Assembly: GCA_004431415.1 (NCBI GenBank)
Contig: QPMI01000215.1
Span: 1 to 51,641 of the forward strand
Reading direction: 5' to 3'
Source: Cyanophora paradoxa CCMP329
Lineage: Eukaryota > Plantae > Glaucophyta
Length of the DNA stretch: 51,641 nt
Shown here: in pieces, positions 1-10,102 of the stretch
Numbering within the stretch: position 1 is the first letter of the stretch
How the letters are laid out: every line of letters starts with the position of its first letter
Translations under genes and position numbers: made by a program
Notes under the pieces: model-generated
Databases searched by the model: none
What the model was told of the DNA's origin: nothing
The model's input: only the letters and a program-made list of their open reading frames with translations

Positions 1-47
1 GCTGCAGCTGGAGCCCGGGGCTGCAGCTGGAGCCGAGCGGGCGGCAG

Positions 48-1452
48 GCGTTTTTGAACGTGATTCTCGCGGTGGCGGATGCGGGTGACGAGGTTGTCGT
101 CTTCCGCCCCACCTACTTCAGCGCGCCCCGCCCGCCACGGCCGCTCCCCGCCGGCCCGCCCGGGCCCCTCTGACGGTGCTCCCGCAGACCACATGATGGC
201 CCTCCAGATGACCGGCACCGTCCGCCCCGCCCCGCCCCGCCGCGCGGGCGGCCTCGGGGGTGTCCGAGTCGACGTCAGACGGCTGTGGTGGCGCCGTGCA
301 AGGGGGAGCTGGACGGGAGCGGGGACCTGCTGCCGGCGGTGGACGCCGTCCCTTTCTCGCCCCGCACCCGCGCCGTCGCCGTCGTCTCCCCCAACAACCC
401 CACCGGTGCCCCCGCCCTCCCCGCCTCGCCCCCCGCGCCTCCCCGCCGGCCGCGCGAGCCGCGCCCCCGGCAGGCGTCGTCGTCCCGCCGGAGGACCTGC
501 AGCGTCTCGCCGACGAGTGCCGGCGCCGCGGCGTCTGGCTCATTTGGTGCGCACCGCTCCGCCCCGCCGGCCGCGCGCGGTGAACGTTGACGGGGCGCGG
601 GGGCGGGGTACGGGGCGCAGCGACGAGACGTACGAGCAGTTCCTCTTCGAGGGGTCCGTGCACCGGAGCCCGCGGGGCCCGAACGTCATCAACCTCCACT
701 CCTTCTCCAAGGCCTACGGCATGGCCGGCTGGCGGGTCGGCTACATCGCGTACCCCGGCGGCGAGGCCGGCCGCGCCCTCGGCGAGCAGATGCTCAAGGT
801 CCAGGTCCGCGCGACCGGCCCCCGGCCCCCGCGCTCCTCCGAGGGCGAGGGGGCAGGACACGGTGCCGATCTGCGCGTCGGGCCCCGGCCAGCGCCTCGC
901 CCTCCGCTGCCTCACCGAGGCGGGCCCCGCGTGGGTGCCCCGTGCCCCCCGCCTCCGCCTGCGCGCGCCGCGGCGGCCTGAGGCGCGGCAGGTGGCGAAG
1001 CGGGTGGCGGCGCTGGAGCGCCAGCGCGCCCTCGTCTCGCACGCCGTCTCCCCCCTCTACCCCCCGCGCCGCCCGCCCCAGGGCACGGGTGCGGCGTCTG
1101 CCCCCCGCGCCGCGGGCGGGCGCTGAGGCGGGGCCAGGGGCGCTGTACTTCTTCGTGGCGCTGCCGAAGGGGGGCGGCCGGGACGACGACCACGCCTGCA
1201 CCCGCTGGCTCGTCTCCCAGCACCACATCATCACCCTCCCCGGCTACGCTTCGGCTCGCCCCCCCCCCCCCCCCCCCCCCCCCCGCCCCGCGCGCTCCCG
1301 TATGCCTCTCTCTGAGGGGGCGGGCAGGGATGCCGGGGCACGTTCGGATCAGCTACGCGAACCTGGACGAGGGGGACAGCGAGGAGGCGAGCGAGAAGCT
1401 GCACACCGCCCTCGCCGCCCTCGCCTCCTCCCCGACTGCCCCCTGGCTGTAG
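48..1452 (+). CDS. PLP-dependent class I/II aminotransferase, ISS1/VAS1-like (5'-partial, multi-exon)
   Basis: Spliced translation AFLNVILAVADAGDEVVVFRPTYF|NHMMALQMTG...SPNNPTG...DETYEQF...HSFSKAYGMAGWRVGYIAY...LKVQDTVPICA...GALYFF...HVRISYAN; PLP Lys motif SFSK; TAG at 1450-1452. Probable 1-nt indel near 1250. Confidence 0.9.
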
Positions 1453-1559
1453 CCGCGCACGCCCGCCCCCTCGCAATCTGAGCAGAGGGGAGAGAGCTGC
1501 AGGCCGGCCGAGCTCGACCGCGGACTCGGAGAGCGCGTGCGGGGGCCGCGATGCCGCCA

Positions 1560-2528
1560 TCACCAGCCGATGCCGGCGCCGGGGCTGGAGTCGGAGGGGG
1601 CGCCGGGGGCGGCGGCGGGGCCGCCGCCCTCCTCGTCGTCGCGGTGGAGGAGGTCGCTGACACCCTGCGGGCCGCCCCCGCCCTCGCCCCGCCGGACCCG
1701 CAGCACCGTCAGGTTCGGGTCCGTCGCCGCCATCCACGCGTACCGCGCCGCCGCCGCCATCGCCGCCCCCGACACCAGCAGGAACAGCAGCGACGCGATC
1801 GGCCACCGGAAGACGCACACCAGCTGCCCCCCGCCTCGGAGGGGGCGGGGGCGGGCGGGGCGGGAGGGGCACGGCACCTTCTCGCACTGGAGGTCGCAGA
1901 CGTCCTCTACCTCGAAGTTCTTGCACTCCTTCACGCAGCTCTCGAAGGCCCGCTGCGCGCGGCACTGGTCCGAGAGCGCTGCGCCTGGCATCAGGGCGGG
2001 GGCGGGCCGGGGCGGGGCGGGCCGGGGCGGGGCGGGGGCGGGGGGGCACCACTGGAGCGGCCGAAGACGACGGTGTAAAGGACGAAGAGGGCCTCGATGG
2101 CCGCGCCGGCGCCGGCGATGCCGGCGTAGACGAGCGCCAGCTTCCGGTGGCGCATCGTGATCGCCGTGAGGCCCGCCACGCCCCCGCACAGGCTGAACGC
2201 CCCCGCGATCGGGAAGAAGAAGAGCCCTGCGGCGGCGTTCACTCTTCGCTGGCCAGCCCCGCTGCCGCGGCCCGGCAGAGCGAGCGCGGCGCACCGGGCA
2301 GAGTGAGCCCCAGCAGCGTCCAGCTAAGCCAGTACGAGTACTTCGGCCCCTGCGTAAGCTTCCTGCGTGCGCGCAGCAGCAGCTCGCATGAGTTGTGTGA
2401 GGGGCTCGGCCGCGGGAATCGAAGGCGCTGCGCGTCCCGCTGCTGCCCGCGCACCGCCACTCGACGTTCAAGACGGCGCGCCACGCGTTCTCGACCATCG
2501 CGAGCGCCCCTGGACTCGCCTGGTCCAT
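1560..2528 (-). CDS. Small multi-pass membrane protein, about 4 TM helices with a Cys-rich loop (tetraspanin-like topology, no CCG motif)
   Basis: Spliced MDQASPG...WLSWTLLGLTLP|GLFFFPIAGAFSLCGGVAGLTAI...LALVYAGIAGAGAAIEALFVLYTVVF...DQCRAQRAFESCVKECKNFEVEDVCDLQCEK|LVCVFRWPIASLLFLLV...GIGW*; GT-AG introns keep the frame. Confidence 0.65.
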   Translation of the reverse strand: MDQASPGALAMVENAWRAVLNVEWRCAGSSGTRSAFDSRGRAPHTTHASCCCAHAGSLRRGRSTRTGLAGRCWGSLCPVRRARSAGPRQRGWPAKSERRRRALLLPDRGGVQPVRGRGGPHGDHDAPPEAGARLRRHRRRRRGHRGPLRPLHRRLRPLQWCPPAPAPPRPAPPRPAPALMPGAALSDQCRAQRAFESCVKECKNFEVEDVCDLQCEKVPCPSRPARPRPLRGGGQLVCVFRWPIASLLFLLVSGAAMAAAARYAWMAATDPNLTVLRVRRGEGGGGPQGVSDLLHRDDEEGGGPAAAPGAPSDSSPGAGIGW

Positions 2529-2808
2529 TGCTCCCGGCGCGGGACCCGTCATCGTCGGCTCAGGCCTAGGTGCTGCAGCAAATTAGCCGGTTCGGTGGCC
2601 CGAGCGCTCGTCGGACTGGCGCGCGAACCTAACAGGCCGAATTCGAATAGAAAGGTCGCGCAGCCGAAGAATTTGAAGGCAGCAGCCGCTGCTTCAAGTC
2701 CGACGAAACACTGTACTCCCGTCTTATCTCCTCGAACAGCGACAGAGCGGTTGGCCCTTGAACAGAGCGACAGAGCGGTTGGCGAGCTTCAGTGAGGCGG
2801 CAGGGCGT

Positions 2809-5800
2809 ATGGGTGCGCTCGCTTCACGCTCTGCACTGTACATGTGCATCTCTCACACGTACGTTCAGATCACTTCCGAGATCCATTTCAGAACCAGGAG
2901 TCGCTGCCGCCGGGCTTCGAGGCCGCCGCGCCGCCCTCTGCAGCGGCGCTCGCCGCACCGTCTCCGTCCTTCGCGGGCGCGAGCTCAGTCTCTCCGACTC
3001 CGATTACGACTCCGAGCCAGCCTGCAGTCAACCGGAGCCGCGATCCGCGGCTTGCAGCGCTCTCGTCGAGGCCCACCGACCCGCGCGCCAGACCCGCTTC
3101 TTCTCCCGCGCAGCTGCACGCAGCCCCTTCAGAGCCGGCTGCCGCTCAGCACGTTCACTCGCCGGCCGCGGGCCAGCCAAGCACACCGACACCGTGGCCT
3201 CTCCAACAGCACCCGCAGCCGGGCAGCCAGCAACACCCGCAGCCGAGGAGCCAGCTGCACCCCGGCGGACAGCCGCAGCTTGCCAGGGCTGATGAGCAGA
3301 GGGATCCTCGGAAGCTTGCGATGAGCGCTGGGCAAGCCGCTGCGACCGCGCCACCGGTTCCAATTGCTCAGCGTTCTGTCCCCGCGCCATCCGCGCCGCG
3401 CAACCTCTACCCGCCACCCGAGCACCTTCTTACAGCAGCAGCGGGCGTACCTCCTGCCCCGGCTGCGCCGCCGGTTCCAGCCCCCACTCCGCCCGCACCG
3501 CCGGTTCCGGCCCCTGCCGCGGCCGCACCGTCGATCCCGGCGCCCGCTCCTGCTGCGGCGGCTGCACCGGCTGCTCCACCTCGTGCGGCCGCCCCGTCGA
3601 CGGGACCTCCACGTCCCCTGTTCCCGCAAGCCCAGAGGCCTCCCCGCGCCCCGTCGCCCCCGAGCCGCCCCCCCGCGGCGCCGGCCGCGGCGCCCGCCGT
3701 GCAGGCCGCGCCGGTGGCGATCCCTGCTCCCGCGTCCCTCTCACAGACCTCCTCGAGCTCCTCCTCGGGCCCCCCGACCCCTGCCCCGGCCCCCTCCACC
3801 TCGGCCTCCGTCCCCGCTGCAACCCCCTATCAGGCCCCGAATCGCACCAAGTTCCCCACGCCGCGGGTGGCCCTTCGCACCTCTTCCGCCTCCCAGCCGT
3901 CGCCCAGCCCCCCGCTGGCCTCCTCGTCCTCCTCCCCTGCGCCGCCCGCATCTGCACCCTCCTCCTCGTCGGCCCCCGCCGCGGCGTCGCCGCCGCCGGC
4001 AGCGGCGGCGGAGGAGGTGAAGGAAGAGGCCGGCGAGGTGGACGAGGCGGCGGAGGCGGCGGAGCTGGAGGCGGTGGAGCGGCTGCTGCAGGACAGGCTG
4101 ACGGAGCTGCCGGGGGAGGAGTACGTCGCCCTCGCCCGCCGCGTCCTCCCCTGCGTCAGGGAGCAGTTCCACCGCGAAGCCTTCCGCGAGATGCGGCGCG
4201 CCGCCCGCCCGCCCGCCCGCCCGGCCCGCCGCGCTCCGCTGAGGGGGGGCGGGGGCGCAGGGCGCAGCGGCGGCGGTCGCAGGCGGGGACGACGAAGGGG
4301 AAGCGGAAGGTGACGGGGCGGCACGAGGAGGAGGTGAAGGAGGCGCTGCGGTGCCTGGTGCGCTCGGACGAGATGCTGGCCGGGGACCACTCCACCGCCA
4401 AGTTCCTGCGCGAGTGCGCGGGGACGGCCGTGGGCGCCGCCTGCGGCCTCTCCAAGGAGGCCATCATCCGCAAGCTCGAGGAGCTCGAGGCCTGCGAGCC
4501 CGAGCTCTTCTCCGGCCGCGGCAAGAAGCGCGCCGCCCCGCAGCCCGCCCCCAGCGCCCCGCCCCGGCCCCGCCCACGCCCCGCCCCAGCTCCGCCCCGC
4601 CGGCCGCTCCTCCGCGGCGCACGAGGCGAGTAGCCCGCGCGGGGATGCGCCGGGGCCTCGTCGAGCGCCGAGGCGGGGCCGAAGCGGAAGCGAGCGCGGG
4701 GAGCCCTCCGCCGCCGGGCGCCGGCCCCTCGGGCTCCAGCGGCGGCGGCCCCGGGGCCGGCGCGCCGTCCTCCTCTTGGAGCGGGGGGCGGGGCGGGAGC
4801 AGCGGGTGGAGGGGGCGGGGCACCTGGCCGGCCAGTCGCGGCTGGCGCGGGAGGAGAACATGGGGAAGCTGGTGGGGGAGATCCGCCGCGTCTTCGAGAA
4901 GTTCAAGGAGGCCGTCCTCGCGCAGGGCGCCCCCGCCGCCGCCGACCTCCCCCACGCCGCCGACCTCGAGCGCCACTGGACCGACCTCGACCGCGCCCGC
5001 CAGTGCGGCGACTGCGACGGCTTCCAGCGCGCCGCGCACGCCCTCAGCGCCCTCACCGCCCGCGCCGCCGAGGCTGCCGCCAAGCGGGCCGCCGCGGCGG
5101 CCCTCGAGGAAGGGGCGCCGGGCCCGTCGTCGTCGTCGTCGCTGGCGCAGCGGGCGACGCGCTCGTGGCCTGTGCGCGGCCGCCCGGGCACGATGAACGA
5201 CGAGGTGCCTCCGGCCGCGCCCCTCCCCACGGTCCGTCGTGTGACGGGGGCGGGGGCAGGAGTACCTGGTGTGCGAGGACGCGGCGGGGGGCCGGGAGGC
5301 CGTGAGGGTGCCGGCCTTCAACGCGGTGGACGAGGAGCCGTTCCCCGGGGCGCCCGACTTCGAGTACGTCCCCTGCATGGACCTCTGCTGGCTCGAGCAG
5401 AACTGCCCCGAGGCCCTCGAGAACGACAAGGCCCGCCCCGCCTCCTCCCCGCCCCTCCCCGCACGTCTGAGCGGCGGCCCCCGCAGGAGCTCCTGGCGAT
5501 GTCGCAGTGCGAGTGCCACGGGCGGAGCGGGTGCGGGAGCGGGTGCAGCTGCCTCGTCAACGCCGACCTCGTCGTCTTCCGTGCGCCCCGCCCCGCCCCG
5601 CCCCGCCCCGCCCCGCCCCGCCCCGCGGCACGGCCGGCGCCTTTCGACGGGGGCGCGGGGGCAGACCTGCGCGGCTGCGTGCCAAGCGGGGGCGGCAACT
5701 GCTCGCTGCGGTGCGCGGAGAGGCATCCGGAGTTCCGGGCGCCGTACGAGGAGGGCGGGCGGCTGCGGCGCGACGTCGAGTACGTGATGATGCAGGAGTG

Positions 5801-6788
5801 CCAGGCCGGCTGCGCGTGCGTCCGGAGCAACGCCTGCCCGCACCGCGTCGTCGGCCGCTGCCTCAGCCGCAGCCTCCGCGTGCGCCCCTCCCCGCCCTCG
5901 TCCCCCCTCGCTGCCCCCGCCGAGGGCGGGGCAGATCTTCAAGACGCGGGACGGGCGGGGCTGGGGCGTGCGGGCCGACGAGGACCTGCCGGAGGGCGTC
6001 TTCGTGTGCGAGTACGGCGGCGAGCTCGTCACCAACGCCGAGGCCGAGCGCCGCGTCCGCCCCGCGCCCCGCCCCGCCCCGCCCCGCCCCGCCCACCCCG
6101 CCGCCGGCGCCGAGCCGCGTCGGGGGCCGCGCGCGCAGGCGCGGGAGGAGTACGAGCCTCGGAACCTCTACTATCTGTGGGACCTCGACTACGCGGGGGA
6201 GGCAAAGTGCGCCCCGGGCGCCCCCCGCCCCGCGGGCCCCGCGCCCCGCCCCGCTTCTCTGACCGCCGCCGCGCGGCAGGTTCGTGATCGACGCGACGCG
6301 CAAGGGGAACGTGGGCCGCTTCATCAACCACTCCTGCGAGCCGAACCTGTGCATGCAGAAGGTGCGCGTGGCGGGCCGCGGGCCGGGCGCCGGCGGCGGG
6401 CCGACGGGGCGGGGCGGGGCGGGGCGGCAGGTGCTGGTCGACTCGATGGACGTGCTGCGCGCCCGCCTCGCGTTCTTCACGAGCCGGCCCATCCGCCGCG
6501 GCGAGGAGCTCACGGCGCGCCCCGGCCCCACCCCCCCCCCCCCCCCCCAACCGCGCCTGACGCGCCGGCGCAGATCGACTACGACCCACCGCAGCAGGGC
6601 GCGCGGCGCCAGGGGCGCAGCAAGAAGCACAAGCGCGAGGGCGCCAACTACAAGGCGCGCCTCGCTAGCGCCCGCTCCGGCGGCGAGGCATTTCCCTGAC
6701 GCCCTCCTCTCCGGCGCAGATGCCCTGCCGATGCGGTGCGGAGCGGTGCCGCAAGTACCTCTTCCGCATCACGCAGGAGGACGTCTAG
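2809..6788 (+). CDS. SET-domain histone-lysine methyltransferase, SUV39/G9a/SETDB-type (pre-SET/SET/post-SET), with long Pro/Ala-rich N-terminus
   Basis: Pre-[18 protein letters not shown] and [16 protein letters not shown]; [70 protein letters not shown]|IDY; post-[15 protein letters not shown]; TAG at 6786-6788. Start inferred (ATG G|gtgcgc). Whether 2.8-5.2 kb belongs to the same gene is less certain. Confidence 0.85.
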
Positions 6789-6909
6789 CCTCGTACGAGT
6801 AGGCCGGGCCCTCGCCCCCGGGCCCCGATCGCGTGTTCGCATGCGCTGTGAATTGATGAAACAAAACAAAACTGTCCTGCACTACACCAAACTGCCGCGG
6901 GGAATACCG

Positions 6910-8267
6910 TTACTTCTCCTTCTTGGCGGCGGCTTTCGCCCGCGTGGGGGTGGTCGCCCGCTTTTGCAGCACCACGTTGGTGCCCTGCGGTGGCGGCGAC
7001 TAAGAGGCTGGCTGCCAGCGGCGCCACGCGGATCGGGTCGCAGACGGACCTGGAGCCACTCGTTGTTGACGGCGTCCGCCTTGCTGCTGGTGCCCATCTC
7101 CACCTTGCGCGCCTTGCCGCCACCCGTCGCGCGGCCGATCTTCTGCTCGCCGCCCGCCGTGAGCGGTCTGCGAGGGCGGCAGGGGACGAGCGGCCGGGCG
7201 GCAGCGGACCTTCTTCGTCGCGGACGACATCGCCTTCCAGACGATGAAGAGAACAAGGGACACAAAAGCGGCGATCAGGACGTACAGGAACCAGCTGCGA
7301 GGCGGATGAGCCGCGAGGCAAGGCGGGGCACGGGGCGGCAGGCGCCGCGCACGTCTTGCTGTCGAACTCGGTGGTCGCCTCGACGATGTCGATGGTGGAG
7401 TTGAAGAAAGTGCTGGCGAACTTCTCGCCCTCCTGCGCACGGAGTGCATGAGGGAAAAGGAAAAGGAAGCGCGAGGAGCCGGGAGCAGGGCCTCACAAGG
7501 TCCTCGTAGAAGACGGTGGCGGCGATGACGAAGTCGCGCGGGTCGAGGTTCGGGTTCGGGGAGAACATGTAAGAGAAAGTGCCCTGCTCGCCAGCCGGGA
7601 CCACGCGGTTGTAGGCGATGCCAGTGTACTGCAGGCGACAAGTCAGAACGGGTTCCGCGGGCTTCGCGCTCGCGCGCGGAACGCTAGTTGCACGCGCATT
7701 CTCAACAAAGATGCCGAAGTCGTGGGGAGCGTTGAGGGAGGCCATGATGAAGCTAACGTTCAGCGCCTTGTCGCCCGTGTTCGCAAAGGCGCAGAGGAGC
7801 TTCACGACCTCTCCGGCGGCCATCTCTGCGCGAGTGCCGCGACAAACATGTCAATGATCTGGACGGGCGGATTCCAGCCCGCGCGGGCGCCGGCAGGCGG
7901 GTGCAGAGCGCCGATGGCTCACTCTTGTCGGCGTGCTCCGGAAGCACGAAGCCGGTTAGCACGTTAGGGTTCGGAGGAGGAAGGTTGGTGAGAGGGTGTG
8001 CGTAGGCCTCTTCCTTCTCCTGGAGCGCGGTGGTGGTCGAGCCGGCGGCCGCGGCGGCGGCGGCGGCGTCGGCCGCCTCTCCATCGCCAGCCTCGCCAGC
8101 CGCGAGCACTGTGCAACGCGACGGCGTTCGTCAGAGGTTTGGCGCGCCGCGCTCGAAACCTGACCCTGGCGACCGGCGGCAGCGCCCCAAGCCGTCTAAC
8201 AACGTTGCTCACCGGCGTGCGGGACCAGCAGCCCGAACAGGAACAGCGCGGCAACCCAGGCCTTCAT
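6910..8267 (-). CDS. SSR1: Translocon-associated protein alpha (TRAP-alpha)
   Basis: Signal peptide MKAWVAALFLFGLLV; AGEVVKLLCAFANTGDKALNVSFIMASL; Y-x-F-x-P (YMFSPNPNLDPRDF); FFNSTIDIVE; TM helix WFLYVLIAAFVSLVLFIVW; KVEMGT...NEWLQ|GTN...KKEK*. Confidence 0.88.
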
Positions 8268-8655
8268 TTTCGAGCTGTACCCTCTGACGCCGTCCGAGCG
8301 GTACCCCTCGAGCTTCGTGCTACTGCAGCCGCAGTACTAGTGCAGCAGCAGCTGCATGCGTAGGCCGTCGATCTAAGCCACGTGCGCATGTTCTCCGTTT
8401 CTCCGCCCGCCGTTGAACATGCGGACCCAACTTAAAGCGTGCCCCGGGAGCCGCCGCGGCGAGCCGCTGGCACGCGGCCTGCAGCGCTGTATGCGCAGCT
8501 GCAGCTGTGCCATCCAATCATAAAATATTGAATGACAATGTGCCCCGGCGGAGACCCTCATCAGACTAGATGGGGACAGGAGGCCTTAGGGCCCTGCAGG
8601 ATCCCAACGTTAACGGAGCCGCGCGAAGAGGCCGGGTGTTGCTGGCGCATGGCGC

Positions 8656-10071
8656 TCAGAACTGCTTGAGAATCTTGAGGGACTCGGCGACGTGGTCCTG
8701 CCGGCCCCGCCCTCAGGGCGCCGCCGAGGGGAGGCGAGGGCGGGGGGCGGGGACCTGGAACTTGAAGGCGCTGTCGAAGACGAGGCGGACGGTGCCCTCC
8801 TTGTCGATCACGTAGCTGCCCCGCGAGCCAGGCGTCGGCCCACGCGCCCCGCGGGCCCCGGGCGGCGGGCGGCGCACGTCACGCGGCCGGGCAGCATGCC
8901 GAACATCGCGCCGGGGACCTGCGGGGGGGCGGGGCATCAGCTCCAGCGGCGGCGTGTGGCGAGGGGCGGCGGGGGCCGGGCGTGCGCACGTTGAACGCCT
9001 TGCGGACGGAGCCGGTGGTGTCTGGGGCGCGGCGGCGGCTCAGCGACTCCCTTTTCAAGAGGGGTGCGAGGGCGGGCGGACCGGCGAGGAGCGGGAAGTT
9101 GAGGTTGTACTTCGAGGCGAAGGTCTTGTGGGAAGAGGCAGAGTCCGAGGAAATGCCGAGCACTGAAAGACGGAATTCAGGCGCCGAGCCACTGGCGTCG
9201 GCCGCCACAGGGGCGGCGGGGCGTACCGACGGTGTCGGCGGACGCGAACTGCTCATAGCTGTCGCGGAACGCGCAGGCCTGCGTGCCAGAATCGGCTCAG
9301 CCAACAGAATGCGCGAGCAAGTGCAAGCTGGAGCCGGACCTCCGCGGTGCAGCCGGGGGTGTCGTCCTGTTCGCAGGGACTCTAAGCGCGCGAGAACGGA
9401 CGTACGCGAAAAAATCAAGCGAACGAGCCTTGGGGTAGAAGAAGAGCACGATGTTCTTCTTGCCCTTGAAGTCGGCAAGCGAGACCTGCACAGCCACGTA
9501 GACGGCGGCGAGCGTTAGCTTGCTAGGCTCCCATCTGCACCGCGTCCAATTCGCCATGGGCGCCCTCGCACCGTGTTGCCGTTCTGGTCCTGTGGTGCGA
9601 GCAGTGTCAGCGCGCTATGCAGGCTCGAACGATTTCTGCGTAAAACCGGGAGCGCGCGTGCGGACTATATGGTTTAGCTATAACAAGTTGAGCACGAACC
9701 GGCAGCGAGAACTCGGGGGCCTTCTCGTTGACCTATGGAGAGAACAGTGTCAAATGGATGAGCGAGCTGCTCAGACCCCTGCTGCAAACTGCACGTGCAA
9801 CACTAGGAAAACCGCTGGTTCTGGTTATGGGGCGGCGGGGGCGCACGGAAACAGCCTTGATAGTCGTCGAGACGAACTGGCGCACGGGAGCCGGAGTCGG
9901 ACGGCGGGCCGCCGCGGCGAACCGGGTCGTCGCGTCGTAAGCGAAACTAGCCACGCGGCGCTCGACCACGCTCTGAATCTTGGGCGCCGCCGCTGAGCAC
10001 ACGGCGCCGCTTGTCCGAGTGACGCTAACGGCGCGGAACGGGGCTGCGGGGATGCCTGCGACGAACGCCAT
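8656..10071 (-). CDS. PRXQ: Peroxiredoxin Q (BCP family) with plastid transit peptide
   Basis: N-terminus MAFVAG, Ala/Ser/Arg/Thr-rich; mature part VNEKAPEFSLP|DQNGNT|VSLADFKGKKNIVLFFYPK|DDTPGCTAE|ACAFRDSY (Cp-x4-Cr), VLGISSDS..SHKTF, GRVT|YVIDKEG. Confidence 0.93.
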
Positions 10072-10102
10072 TTTTCTTCGTGAACTGAGGGGTAGATGTT
10101 TA

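Noticed and set aside
2809-6788. SETMAR-like transposase fusion, or functional linkage of the SET gene to the K9R H3 variant
   Set aside because: No transposase follows the post-SET domain, and the gene is 26 kb from the H3 variant among unrelated housekeeping genes.
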